A DNA stretch of 64,000 bases, from IMG/VR virus record IMGVR_UViG_3300009183_000045; one strand, given 5' to 3'. Both the position numbers and the translations under genes were made by a program. Every line of letters begins with the position of its first letter. The stretch's first letter is position 1. The stretch is from a virus (Duplodnaviria > Caudoviricetes). This document shows positions 18,400 through 29,040 of this stretch, piece by piece. The notes under the pieces are model-generated. The model saw only the letters and a list, made by a program, of their open reading frames with translations, was not told the origin of the DNA and did not search any database.

Positions 18400-21276
18400 A
18401 TGAGTTCTGGATTAAATGAAGATGATGATTTAGATCCGGAAGATGTTTTAGTTGACGGAAAATTTTATCAAGGCAATGAAAACATCCTGAGAAAGGATGG
18501 TACTTTTAAATGGACAGATGAAATGATTGCTGATTTTAAACTCTGCAATAAAAGCATACTACATTTTGCCGAAAACCATTTTTATATAGTTTCTCTAGAC
18601 AGAGGAAAAGAAAGAATAGAATTATACAAATATCAAAAAAGACTTTTAAAGGCATTTAAGAGTAATCGTTTTAATGTAGTATTGAGTAGTCGGCAAAGTG
18701 GCAAAGCCTTGGATATTAATACCCCTATTCCTACACCTAATGGAAATGTGAAAATGGGTGATTTAAAAGACGGAGATCAAATTTACGGACTAGACGGAAA
18801 TGTATATAATGTAATCAAGGCTCATGATTTTTTATACAACAGAAATTGTTATAAAGTAATATTTGATAACGGAGAAGAAATCATAGCAGATGAAGATCAT
18901 CTATGGTTTACACAGGAAAGATTGGAAAGAAAAAAGAAATTAGCTGGTAGTGTAAAGACAACAAAAGAAATTTTAAATACATTAACTGTTGGTAGTAAAA
19001 AGGAACCAAGACATCGTATACCCATGGCCAGAAACGGAATAATGGGAAAAGAAACAAATTTACCAATAGATCCGTATGTACTCGGTTTGTGGTTAGGAGA
19101 CGGAAATACAGACGGGGCAAATATAACTGTTGGTCCACGAGATGTTGAATTTTTACTTGAAAAATTAAATAACAACAAACAGTTTAATAAAATTACTTTA
19201 TATCAATTCAAAGAACGTTTGTGGGCTATAAATCCTACTCACACAGATAAAAAACAATCTCTTTGGTCCTGTTTAAAACAAAATAATTTATTAGGAAATA
19301 AACATATACCAGAAATATATTTTAAATCCTCTAGAGAGCAGCGTTTGGAGTTATTAAAAGGTTTGATGGACTCAGATGGTTATATTTCTCCATCTGGCCA
19401 AGCTAATTTTGATAATAGTAATTTGGAATTGGGACATCAAGTCATAAAACTTGTCAGGGAATTAGGATATAGTGTTACTCACATCATACACACTCCAAAA
19501 TTTAACGGCAAAGAATGTGCGGATTCTATGAGAGTTTGTTTTAAACCTCGGGAAGAAGTAGTGAGTATACCTTATAAAAAAAATAAATTAAAATTAACAG
19601 ATGAATTAAGAAGAAATACTTGGCATTATATTAAAGAAATAATTCCAGTAGAAAGCCGGCCAGTTAGGTGTATTACGGTGGATAGTCCAGATAACCTATA
19701 TCTTTGCGGCAAATCTCTTATCCCTACTCACAACACCACAACCATTACCATATATGCGTTGTGGATTGCTTGCTTTCAAAAAGATAAAAAAATAACCATT
19801 GTTGCAAATAAAGAAGCAACTGCAAAAGAAATATTTGCAAGAGTAAAAATGGCATATGAACAATTGCCTATTTATTTAAAACCCGCTATTAAATCCTGGA
19901 GAAAGGACGGTTTTCAATTATCCAATGATTCTGAAATAAAAATTAGTACCACATCAGGATCTGCTGGCCGTGGTGGCAGTAGTAATTTGCTTATCATTGA
20001 TGAAATGGCACACTGTCCTTCTGAGGTGATGAAAGAATTGTGGAGATCCGCTATACCCATTATTACCGCTTCAACCACTTCTCAAATTGTTATTATTAGT
20101 ACTCCAAACGGAACAGATAATAAATTTTATGAATTGTGTGAAGATTCTAAAAAGAAAAATAGTTCTTGGAATCTAGAAAGAGTTGATTGGACAGATGTTC
20201 CAGGGAGAGATGAGACTTGGAAAAAAATGACCATGGATTTGCTTGGCGGCAATGAAGACGACTTTAATCAAGAATATGGAAATGTATTCAATGTGCCTGG
20301 CAGATCTCTTTTAGATGCAAAATATCTAGAAGAACTAAAGGCTCAGTGTCCTGAACCTGTATTAGTTACGGACGAAGGGTGTTATAAGATTTTTCATTTA
20401 CCTAAACCAGAATCCTTTTATGTAATAGGTGTTGATGTTGGGGAAGGAATAGGCCGATCTAACAGTACAGCTCAGATTTTTGATGTGTCAAATCTTCAAA
20501 ATATTATACAAGTGGCTACCTATGCTGCAAATTCTATTAACCCTTATCATTTTGGGTCTAGGTTAATGAATATAATAAATGACTGGGGTAGACCTCCGGT
20601 TTTAGTGGAAAGTAATAATTATGGGCAGCAAGTATTAGATGTTTTACACCAAGCTCATAATTATGAAAACATTGTATCTTATCAAGCAACCGGAAGCAGC
20701 AAACATTATAAAACTGAACACCGGAAGGGTATTTTTAATCACACAAATACTAGATATAATGGCATTACAAATTTTAGATATTGGAGCAATAGTTTAAAAG
20801 CAGTCAAATTTAATGATCCAGAAACTTTATTTGAATTAAATTCTTTTGTAAGATTACCTAATTATACATACACCAAAAGAACCGATAAAGACTTGGATGA
20901 TAGAGTGTTTGGGTGTATTTGGGCATTGTATATTTTAATGCCGGACATAGTTTCTTCTTATTTTTACGTAAGAGAATATGATGACCAAGGCAAACCGACT
21001 AAAATTATTCCTTTAGTTGATAACAGTGATTTAATATTAAAAAGTCCACTCTTACACGGCAATGTAAGTAATATAATAAATAGTAAAAACAGAAGTGTCA
21101 ATGTTACTTCAGTTTTAATATCACCAAAAAATTCTAACACTTCTGCTTTAGATGATGAGGCAAGAGAATTGTGGAGGTGGTTACATTGTGATACTTTTAA
21201 AAGTAAAGAAGAAAATTCTTTTTTAGAAAATAAAGAAGAAACCGTTGAAGAATATAGGCCTATAATTTTATTTTAA
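18400..21276 (+). CDS. gp17: terminase large subunit with intein
   Basis: LYKYQK..L, SRQSGK|T Walker A split by an intein, VANKEATAKE, GRGGSSNLLIIDEMA (Walker B), ISTPNG.N.FY, F.QEY, and nuclease motifs IGVDVGEG and D..D.VF. Confidence 0.95.
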   Translation: MSSGLNEDDDLDPEDVLVDGKFYQGNENILRKDGTFKWTDEMIADFKLCNKSILHFAENHFYIVSLDRGKERIELYKYQKRLLKAFKSNRFNVVLSSRQSGKALDINTPIPTPNGNVKMGDLKDGDQIYGLDGNVYNVIKAHDFLYNRNCYKVIFDNGEEIIADEDHLWFTQERLERKKKLAGSVKTTKEILNTLTVGSKKEPRHRIPMARNGIMGKETNLPIDPYVLGLWLGDGNTDGANITVGPRDVEFLLEKLNNNKQFNKITLYQFKERLWAINPTHTDKKQSLWSCLKQNNLLGNKHIPEIYFKSSREQRLELLKGLMDSDGYISPSGQANFDNSNLELGHQVIKLVRELGYSVTHIIHTPKFNGKECADSMRVCFKPREEVVSIPYKKNKLKLTDELRRNTWHYIKEIIPVESRPVRCITVDSPDNLYLCGKSLIPTHNTTTITIYALWIACFQKDKKITIVANKEATAKEIFARVKMAYEQLPIYLKPAIKSWRKDGFQLSNDSEIKISTTSGSAGRGGSSNLLIIDEMAHCPSEVMKELWRSAIPIITASTTSQIVIISTPNGTDNKFYELCEDSKKKNSSWNLERVDWTDVPGRDETWKKMTMDLLGGNEDDFNQEYGNVFNVPGRSLLDAKYLEELKAQCPEPVLVTDEGCYKIFHLPKPESFYVIGVDVGEGIGRSNSTAQIFDVSNLQNIIQVATYAANSINPYHFGSRLMNIINDWGRPPVLVESNNYGQQVLDVLHQAHNYENIVSYQATGSSKHYKTEHRKGIFNHTNTRYNGITNFRYWSNSLKAVKFNDPETLFELNSFVRLPNYTYTKRTDKDLDDRVFGCIWALYILMPDIVSSYFYVREYDDQGKPTKIIPLVDNSDLILKSPLLHGNVSNIINSKNRSVNVTSVLISPKNSNTSALDDEARELWRWLHCDTFKSKEENSFLENKEETVEEYRPIILF
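18706..19734 (+). mobile_element. contiguous 343-aa class 3-type intein with LAGLIDADG homing endonuclease
   Basis: Starts ALDINTPIPTPNG (Ala1). Block B ADEDHLWFT (Trp), block F VRCITVDSPDNLYL (Cys), ends PTHN with +1 Thr. HEN blocks PYVLGLWLGDG and LLKGLMDSDG. Confidence 0.92.
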
Positions 21277-21277
21277 A

Positions 21278-21877
21278 ATGAATCAAACTATACTAAACAG
21301 ATCTCGTGCAGATAAATTTACTCTTGTTTTAGATTTGCCTATAGCCATGAAGCAAATGAAGGACAATGTAATGCAGGAATATTATAAACCAGATAAAATT
21401 GAATTTACTGTATTCGGCTCACCGGTGCCCAAAATAGAGGTTAAGTCTATAGATTTGCCCTTTAGCGGCCAACACATGAATATTACAAGCGGAGCCCGCA
21501 CTGATTACGGTCCTTTAAATTTAAAATTTTTGTTAGACAGCGGTTATCAAAATTATTGGACTCTTTGGAATTGGTTAAATCTTTTTAATAATAATGAATT
21601 GAGTAATTCAGATATTAATGAACCAGAGACTTTTCCGTGGAGTAGCAATTATCTCACCAAAAATCCATTCTCAAATTATGTCACAGATTTTGCCCTTTTT
21701 GCATTAGATGAATATAATAATAAAATAGTAGAATTTAAATATTCGGGAAGTTTTATAACTTCTTTAAGTGAAATAAGTTATTCACATCAAGATGAAAACA
21801 TTATATCTTGTACCGCTTCATTTGCCTACAATCAAATGATTGTAAAGTTGCTCAGAGATATAAATCGAGGAATATAA
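21278..21877 (+). CDS. tail tube terminator / tail completion protein (gp3-like)
   Basis: KF.LVL.LP, VP.I.V..I..PF, Y.PL...FLLD....NY..L..WL and final F.Y. Confidence 0.6.
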   Translation: MNQTILNRSRADKFTLVLDLPIAMKQMKDNVMQEYYKPDKIEFTVFGSPVPKIEVKSIDLPFSGQHMNITSGARTDYGPLNLKFLLDSGYQNYWTLWNWLNLFNNNELSNSDINEPETFPWSSNYLTKNPFSNYVTDFALFALDEYNNKIVEFKYSGSFITSLSEISYSHQDENIISCTASFAYNQMIVKLLRDINRGI

Positions 21878-21878
21878 A

Positions 21879-23483
21879 ATGGCATCAAATTCTACAAATC
21901 AAAATATAGATTCCCGTTTTGTTTATCAAATAGGACAAGATTTTTTTTGGGTTGAAGTGTGGATGTATAATTTTTTAGACAATTTTCCACCCACACAAAT
22001 ACCTTTTTTCTTTATTAATCAATTAGTTATAGAAGAAACTTTGAATGAATGGTCAACTCGTGGATACCTAGTATTGGAAAATGATTATGAAATATTAGAA
22101 AGAGGATCGCCTGCTTATGTAGGAGATACATCTAATAACAATAACAATTCTGGCGCTTATAAAGCACCTTATCTTTTTAGAACAGATGGCAGAAACAAGC
22201 TAAGTGTAAAATTGTTTCCTTATAAATCTTCTCAGGGTGATGTATCAGATGTATTGCCTCTTTCTCACTGGCAAATGTGTTTTGATTTTATTATATATGA
22301 TGTTCAAGACATTTCTCAAAATGAGCCAGGTAAAAAACTTAGAGCATATTATTTTAAAGATGAAAGACATCAAATATTTTCAGAGCGAAATTTAGAATGG
22401 TCTACTTCGATGAATGCTCCTATAGGAGCCAAAGATGCAGATAGAACTATGTATGCAAATGATGCCATAAAAAGTATCATCTCCGCGGCTACAAATTTAA
22501 ACGGATCTCCTTTAAAGATAGGATATACCACAAAAGGAGCCATAAATAAACCAGACATAAATTTAGATTCTTTTGATGACAATGCTTGGGCTGCAAGTCC
22601 CTCTGAACCAAGCGCAAAATTATTTTACACTTCTCCTGGACACCATACGGTATTAGATGATTTACAATATTTATTAACTCACGCAAAATCTTCAGATAAC
22701 AGTCCGGTCATTCTGCAATTTGGTCGCTCTGAGACAGATAAAAAATGGAAATTAATTCCACTATCAGCTCTCTTTAAATTATCTCAAAAAAATCAAGTAG
22801 AGAGATTAATGATTAATGATGGAGTGGACTCAACAAACTTTCCTCCTACAATTCCTAGGGCGGACTCCTCTCAATCATCTGCCATACATAATTTTACTTC
22901 AGGAACCGCTTCGATGATAACAAATTATCATTATGCTCCTATGGTTTCAACTGATGATATGTTGTTATGCAATTCGCCTTTATTTAATTATAATTTTTCT
23001 AATGCTTCATATAATGTGTTTTTTGAAAAAAACAAAATATCAAATGTGTTGTCGTCCGCTACAAAAATAGTTGAAAACGGATTATTTAATTTTTCATCTT
23101 CTAATCCAAATGGGCAGATACAGATGAATATTAATAAAACTAAACAATCAGGTATAATGAATAGAAATTATTTTACACCACAGAATTTTTTCTTAAAAGA
23201 TTTTCCTTTAATGAATATGTTGAAAGATTTAGTTTTTCTGTCGAGTGCTATATATTTTCAAGTTGCTGGATTAACTATTAGATCTCCTGGAAAATTTGTG
23301 TACATAGATCGATTGGGATCGGGAGACAAAAATGGCTTCGATGACAGATTTTTGGGCCAGTGGTTAATAACCAAAGTCACTCATTATTTCACCAAAAATA
23401 GTTATTTAAATGATGTAGTGGCTACAAAAATAGATTCATTTAGTAAAATATTTCCGGATCCTAAAAACGACACCTCTTATTAA
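21879..23483 (+). CDS. baseplate hub protein (gp27/GpD-like)
   Basis: C-terminal F.V.GLTIRSPGKFV.I...FLGQWLITKVTH.F is typical of hub proteins. Confidence 0.55.
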   Translation: MASNSTNQNIDSRFVYQIGQDFFWVEVWMYNFLDNFPPTQIPFFFINQLVIEETLNEWSTRGYLVLENDYEILERGSPAYVGDTSNNNNNSGAYKAPYLFRTDGRNKLSVKLFPYKSSQGDVSDVLPLSHWQMCFDFIIYDVQDISQNEPGKKLRAYYFKDERHQIFSERNLEWSTSMNAPIGAKDADRTMYANDAIKSIISAATNLNGSPLKIGYTTKGAINKPDINLDSFDDNAWAASPSEPSAKLFYTSPGHHTVLDDLQYLLTHAKSSDNSPVILQFGRSETDKKWKLIPLSALFKLSQKNQVERLMINDGVDSTNFPPTIPRADSSQSSAIHNFTSGTASMITNYHYAPMVSTDDMLLCNSPLFNYNFSNASYNVFFEKNKISNVLSSATKIVENGLFNFSSSNPNGQIQMNINKTKQSGIMNRNYFTPQNFFLKDFPLMNMLKDLVFLSSAIYFQVAGLTIRSPGKFVYIDRLGSGDKNGFDDRFLGQWLITKVTHYFTKNSYLNDVVATKIDSFSKIFPDPKNDTSY

Positions 23484-23491
23484 ATATAAAT

Positions 23492-23794
23492 ATGGACAAA
23501 GAACAATTACAAAAAAGGTTAGATGAAATAAAAAAATCTATGCCTCGCGAAGTTTCTTATCCACCAACACCTGAAATGTTAAAAAATGTTGCAAAGAGTA
23601 TTATAAATAATGCTCAAAATGTAATGAACGGAAACTCTTTAAGTGCTACATCTCAGGAGTCACTTCAACGATTAAATGTGTGCAGATCTTGTGAATTTTT
23701 TGATTATACACAAGAGAGATGTAAAAAATGTGGCTGTAAATTAGCCCTAAAAACTTATTTAAAAGCAGAAAAATGTCCTATAGGAAAATGGTAA
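23492..23794 (+). CDS. small Cys-rich protein
   Basis: RL.VCRSCE..D...RCKKCGC.L..K......CP.GKW. Confidence 0.8.
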   Translation: MDKEQLQKRLDEIKKSMPREVSYPPTPEMLKNVAKSIINNAQNVMNGNSLSATSQESLQRLNVCRSCEFFDYTQERCKKCGCKLALKTYLKAEKCPIGKW

Positions 23795-23795
23795 T

Positions 23796-25211
23796 ATGGC
23801 CACACAAATAACTAGTTGCTCGAGTCAGTCATCAAATCCTTTGATTGAAAAGGGTACACTTAGAGGAAATGATTCTATACCCTCTTTAAAAATACAAACA
23901 GGACTTACAGAAATAGAACTGGCTGTGCTGTATAACAACGGAGCCGGCAAAAATCTTAATCAATTTGCCGGGTACTTGTACACACTAGTTCATGGATGGA
24001 AGGCTTTTGATAAATCTTTTAGTTACCACACAGTTCTAGCTCCATATGTAGTGACTCCGGATACTTATAAAGACTTTATTAACAAAGAGGCAGGTATACT
24101 ATATAACTGCGGAATACTTGAAAAATGTAAAAAAACTTGTCCGGCGGGCAAAGTTGGGCAATTAAATGATTTAGGAAGACTGGGCCTCTTTAGTCGATTG
24201 ACCGGCTTTCAAATTACAAATCCAATGACAGGGCCAGCATCAACTTTGCCTCCTGGAGTAAAAGATACTTTAGACGCACAGCACAGTGGATTTGTGGACG
24301 GATTACAAAACTTTTGTGAGAGCATAAACACCCATGCTTATTTAAAATGTTTTGCTATAGGGTCTTATGGAGGCATTCAAGAAGCCGTTCACAGCCTCAC
24401 CAATGTTGTTCAAGATTTTTATAGTGCTATGTATGACTTATACCAGGACATGCAGCTTTTAATGATACAAGCTCAAATGGTTATACAGCAGTATATAGCA
24501 GATCTAGAATTCTTTTTAACTACAGAATTTTTAGGAGGAAAAATTGGGTTATTTCTGGCTATAATATGTATGATATTGTCCACAGTTCAAACTCTTATAG
24601 ATGACGTAGCATTTTTTGCGTCCCTATTTAATGGGTCTGATAATTTGTATGCAGTTTTAAATTCAATTCAATCTGTTGTTAATATAGGTGCGCAGGCAAT
24701 GGAGTATATATACCATCCAATAACCGCCGGATTACCAGCTGCTTTTCCTAAAGAAGCAAAACAAGTGGTAGATTTTATTAACAATTTAGGCAATGTGCCT
24801 TCTAATTATTTAGGTATTTTGTTAAAGCATTTTTCTTTTGGAAAAATAATGCATAACAAAGGAATAGCAATTGCAAATAGCATAATACAACATTATGGCT
24901 TAGGCGCTCAATTGGGAGATTTAAATCCCATGATGCAATCTTTTGGATGTGCTGCTCCTTCTGGAAACTGGCACAGGACCGCGCCTCCAGTGTTAAAGGG
25001 TCCTATTAAATTTAAAAATGCTAAAATTCCTTCTAATTTAAAAAACCGAGTCAAGGTAGATCCTTATAGTGTTTCTAGTTTGTGGCAGATGGTTAAATCT
25101 GATTTCTCTAATTTAACAACTGATGGCGGTGTATTAGAAAAAGATGTTGAAAAATTTGGTTCTCAATTGAAAGGAATTTTTTCGCCTTCTAATGTGGTGA
25201 CTGGAAATTAA
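23796..25211 (+). CDS. hypothetical baseplate-region protein
   Basis: 471-aa helical ORF within the structural operon. Confidence 0.65.
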   Translation: MATQITSCSSQSSNPLIEKGTLRGNDSIPSLKIQTGLTEIELAVLYNNGAGKNLNQFAGYLYTLVHGWKAFDKSFSYHTVLAPYVVTPDTYKDFINKEAGILYNCGILEKCKKTCPAGKVGQLNDLGRLGLFSRLTGFQITNPMTGPASTLPPGVKDTLDAQHSGFVDGLQNFCESINTHAYLKCFAIGSYGGIQEAVHSLTNVVQDFYSAMYDLYQDMQLLMIQAQMVIQQYIADLEFFLTTEFLGGKIGLFLAIICMILSTVQTLIDDVAFFASLFNGSDNLYAVLNSIQSVVNIGAQAMEYIYHPITAGLPAAFPKEAKQVVDFINNLGNVPSNYLGILLKHFSFGKIMHNKGIAIANSIIQHYGLGAQLGDLNPMMQSFGCAAPSGNWHRTAPPVLKGPIKFKNAKIPSNLKNRVKVDPYSVSSLWQMVKSDFSNLTTDGGVLEKDVEKFGSQLKGIFSPSNVVTGN

Positions 25212-25212
25212 T

Positions 25213-26952
25213 ATGAATCCAATATACGGCAATCATATAGGCATAGTTGTAAATTCAAATCCAGACCCCGAAGGAAGAGGAAGGGTTCAAATTTTTGTGC
25301 CTCATCTTTCCACTACATTATATGATAATTGGAATAAAGACGCCAAAGACATCAGTATTACTCAAGGCAGTTTGGCTGGTTTAAATGTAGGTGTACTACA
25401 AAGACTTCAACAAAATCTGCCGTGGGCAGAATACGCATTCCCTTTGTTTGGCTCGGGAGGTACTACATATGCAGACCCTTCTACAGGATTAACCAGACCC
25501 TCTCAGTCAAGCTCTGCACCTTCTGTTAATATATCTGGTATTAATGCTTTAGGGGCAGACAATAAAACTTCACCAAAAATAGACATACCCCTTTCAAATG
25601 AAAATGTTTCATCTTTAAATTTAAGTAATCAATTATCTTTAAATAATCAATTTCCTACAGCTTCATCTACTGTAAAAGCCAATGCGGCAAACAACCCAGG
25701 AAATTTGCATATTTATAACACGACATCTCCTAATTCAAACTATACAGGCCAAATAGGAATTACAGGTGATGTGAAGGACGGGCAGTATAGGGGTAGTATA
25801 GCAACTTTTGCAACTATGTCTGATGGAATAGCTGCTAATTTAAACCAATTAAACAAATATATTAACGGATCGGCAGCAGCTGCTCAATCAGCCGGAGGAC
25901 CTTTAGACACAATAAGAAAAATAGAAAATGCTTGGGTTGGAGGAGACAACCCAACAGCCGCTGGCGAGGTTTCTAAATTTTCTGGTATACCAATTGATGA
26001 AAAAATTGACCCCAATAATGCCAATCAAATGATGAATTTAATGGCTGGTATGATGAGGGTTGAAGCCGGCGGCATTCCTGCTAATTTTACAGAAAATTTT
26101 AAAACTGGTTTTGAAACTTTTCAACAAAGAAAAGGATTAACTACAGAATTGTCAGTGAGTCAAAATCAAACATATACAGGTAAAGTTTTAGACTCTACAA
26201 GGCAATTGCCTGGAGTAGATATGAGGCACCCCAACGGAGTCAATTCATTTCCACTACCGGGCACATTTGTTTGGTGTTTCTTTCTCGGCGGTGATATCCA
26301 ACGACCAGTTTATTTTGCAGGTGTGTCTGAAAAAAATTCAGCAGCGAGAACATCAAATATTCCCTCACAAGTTGTTCCTTTGGGAGTAAAGGGAAATACT
26401 TTAACCGGAAATTCGCTTTCTACTAACAGTGTGTTAATTAATGGAGGCACCGAAGGAACTAGTGTTCTCACAGATATAAACGGCAATCCAGTTAGGGATT
26501 CAGAAGGCAATCCAGTTTATGTAGATCCAGGCGCATTAAACTTGTTAGCAAAAGCCGCAACAAATGCAAATGTGGGTTCCTCACCCGGAGGATATTGTTA
26601 TTCAAATGTTAAAAATTTATTGCAAGCCGCGGGAATGATTAATAATGCCAATGATTTGAGGGGTGATTCTTCTTTTGCCTCAGCTTATATGGCAGCAGAT
26701 AATTTAACAAATATAAACACACAAGGAGGTTTAACGGAACCTTATTCCTGGCAGACCCTGCCTTCTACAGATGTTAGTAAGGCCCCTCCAGGCTCAGTTG
26801 TTGTGTGGGATAAAACAGATTCTCATCCAAACGGTCATATAGCTATTATAGACTCTTCCGGCAATCAAGTATCAGATTTTAGATCTTCTAATATGTCTAG
26901 TTTGCCTGTTAAAGCTATACTAGTTCCTATTAAAGCAAATACAAGAGCATAA
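25213..26952 (+). CDS. gp5/VgrG-like OB-fold protein with inserted lysozyme-like domain and C-terminal CHAP/NlpC-P60-like domain
   Basis: OB-fold halves YGNHIGIVV...DPEGRGRVQIFVP...LPWAE and NSFPLPGTFVWCFFLGGDIQRPVYF. Between them NNPGNL...F.T..DGI.A....L..Y...TI..I...W...RVEAG. C-terminal GYCY..V...PGSVVVW....HPNGHIAI. Confidence 0.75.
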   Translation: MNPIYGNHIGIVVNSNPDPEGRGRVQIFVPHLSTTLYDNWNKDAKDISITQGSLAGLNVGVLQRLQQNLPWAEYAFPLFGSGGTTYADPSTGLTRPSQSSSAPSVNISGINALGADNKTSPKIDIPLSNENVSSLNLSNQLSLNNQFPTASSTVKANAANNPGNLHIYNTTSPNSNYTGQIGITGDVKDGQYRGSIATFATMSDGIAANLNQLNKYINGSAAAAQSAGGPLDTIRKIENAWVGGDNPTAAGEVSKFSGIPIDEKIDPNNANQMMNLMAGMMRVEAGGIPANFTENFKTGFETFQQRKGLTTELSVSQNQTYTGKVLDSTRQLPGVDMRHPNGVNSFPLPGTFVWCFFLGGDIQRPVYFAGVSEKNSAARTSNIPSQVVPLGVKGNTLTGNSLSTNSVLINGGTEGTSVLTDINGNPVRDSEGNPVYVDPGALNLLAKAATNANVGSSPGGYCYSNVKNLLQAAGMINNANDLRGDSSFASAYMAADNLTNINTQGGLTEPYSWQTLPSTDVSKAPPGSVVVWDKTDSHPNGHIAIIDSSGNQVSDFRSSNMSSLPVKAILVPIKANTRA

Positions 26953-26978
26953 TAAGAGAAGTTTCCTAATTAATAGAT

Positions 26979-29039
26979 ATGTCTGATGTAGCTGATGGTA
27001 ATAATATATTAAAAACTGACACCATAAAGGGTATGTATGGGCATTTGAGTTTTAATAACACTCAAGTTGATCAAGGGATCGGCTCCACACTCACAGAAGA
27101 TTATTCTTATGTTCAATTAGCAAATAACGACAATGCTCAAATAAGTTTACAAGCCGGTGGTAAAATAAGAACAGATGCTCCTAGTGACATGTCTATAAAT
27201 GTTGGCAGGAATAAAATTCAAAATATTCTAGGAGACAGTCAACTCTCAGTAGGAAGAGATAATCACATAACTATAGACGGAAAGGTTTCTGTTAATATCG
27301 GTAAATACGGATCAAAGGAAAAAGAAGCCTATAAAAAGTTAACAGAATTGGCTTCTACTATACAAAAAGAATCCATAAGCACGGCCAAGACTACTACAAA
27401 CAACCGTATACCCTGCCCAGTTTGCAATTCAAAAGTATTGACCCAACCAGCCTCAGTTGCAGCTAAGATATCTTCAGCCAGAGCCGCAGAATTAATGAAT
27501 GATGTGAATACTGGATGGAAACATCTAATAAGAACATTTAAAAGAATCATTTGGCTTGTGCCAGATATTTTTAAAAAATCTACCACAGCATCTTTTCACC
27601 AAAAAACTGGTTCTTGTGGTTCTCCAGATTGTATAAACCACACGGTTCCGGATTTAAAATTATCATTAGACGCCTATAGTAAAAAGGCTACAGATTTAAT
27701 AGAGCAAAACAAAACCCAAATAGAACAACTTCAGACAGCTCTGGGCCAAAGTTCTGGAGGATTGACGTTAATAACCAAAGGTACCTGCTTTGTCAGTACG
27801 GGTTTGTATAAAAATGAATCAGTTACTGGATACGAACACGGGAATCATACGTTTCCTACGGGGTTTGTTGCGGGTCCTAGTGGTAAGGGTCCTGCCTTGT
27901 CTTCTGCCGGTGCTCCTAAAAGGACTATACAAGTAGGTGCCATACGTCTCACAGAGGGTGACATGTACTTAAACTCTTCTGAAAAGTTTACAGTCAATGC
28001 AGGAGCTCCTGGTATTGCTTTAGAAACAAATGGTCCTTTAAATGCTAGAGGAAATTCAGTGGAGATAAGAGCAACAGACGGAGAGGCACATTTTTCTTCC
28101 GGTAATTTAACTGTAATAAGTGGTGCCACAGTTTCTATTAAGGGGGGTTTAAAAACTGGAGAGACTGGAATAGTTTTGCAATCTGAAAAGGTGCATGTTG
28201 CTGGTGGGTTAACTGTGCAGGGTAATATGATTACAAAAGGAGGAGGCCACTTTGACGGGCCTTTAACTGCTCCTATTTTGAGTGTTCCTACATATGCTCA
28301 GCCGGTGACTCCTTCAAAACCCCCTCAAGATGTTTCTTCACACGGTTCATGGTTTCCTATGAATATAGTCCACAATACTTTACAGGAAGTATTGGATAAT
28401 ACTCAAAGAAACGTGCCAGATCCCTTTTACATATGCCAGGTAAGAATATTGACGGAATATGCAAAAAAGTGGTATAGTGAGGTAATGAGTGCTATACCTT
28501 TAGAATGCACTCTTACGGGATGGTGTCTTGTCACAACATGGGGAACTTTTTTTGGTACCACTGTGTGTGGTGCTGGCGCTGGTACATGCGTGGCTATGGG
28601 ATTTACATATGGAACAGATGCTGGATTTTGTCCAGTTTGGAATTTGCCTCATAATCATGCAAAATATAATGAATATCATGCAGGTGAAACGGTTTCACCT
28701 CTTATGTTGGGGCACGATCAATTTGAAGGGGCCACCGCCGCTGGAACATATCCAAGTCATATACCAATTCCCGCTCCAACAAAAACAAGCTTAGGAACAA
28801 GACCTGCTCCTTATAGTATGCCAGGACCATGTGGTGGTGGTGGACAGTTTATCAAGGATAGAAATTTAGATTATGGAGTTGATCCTTTAGATGCTTTTAA
28901 TGGTCTAAATTATGTAGACAGAGGAACTGATAACGGATTAAACACTTACACAACTCCTGGATTTACGCAATTTACCTATGGATTTAATACCCTGTCCGGT
29001 GTAGACACCACAGGAATTAATAATGTAGATTGTAAATAA
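26979..29039 (+). CDS. gp5 C-terminal-like central spike protein
   Basis: Beta-helix-like repeats (IRTDAPSDMSINVGRNKIQNILGDSQLSVGRDNHITIDG), CPVC/CGSPDC and HNH motifs. Confidence 0.6.
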   Translation: MSDVADGNNILKTDTIKGMYGHLSFNNTQVDQGIGSTLTEDYSYVQLANNDNAQISLQAGGKIRTDAPSDMSINVGRNKIQNILGDSQLSVGRDNHITIDGKVSVNIGKYGSKEKEAYKKLTELASTIQKESISTAKTTTNNRIPCPVCNSKVLTQPASVAAKISSARAAELMNDVNTGWKHLIRTFKRIIWLVPDIFKKSTTASFHQKTGSCGSPDCINHTVPDLKLSLDAYSKKATDLIEQNKTQIEQLQTALGQSSGGLTLITKGTCFVSTGLYKNESVTGYEHGNHTFPTGFVAGPSGKGPALSSAGAPKRTIQVGAIRLTEGDMYLNSSEKFTVNAGAPGIALETNGPLNARGNSVEIRATDGEAHFSSGNLTVISGATVSIKGGLKTGETGIVLQSEKVHVAGGLTVQGNMITKGGGHFDGPLTAPILSVPTYAQPVTPSKPPQDVSSHGSWFPMNIVHNTLQEVLDNTQRNVPDPFYICQVRILTEYAKKWYSEVMSAIPLECTLTGWCLVTTWGTFFGTTVCGAGAGTCVAMGFTYGTDAGFCPVWNLPHNHAKYNEYHAGETVSPLMLGHDQFEGATAAGTYPSHIPIPAPTKTSLGTRPAPYSMPGPCGGGGQFIKDRNLDYGVDPLDAFNGLNYVDRGTDNGLNTYTTPGFTQFTYGFNTLSGVDTTGINNVDCK

Positions 29040-29040
29040 C

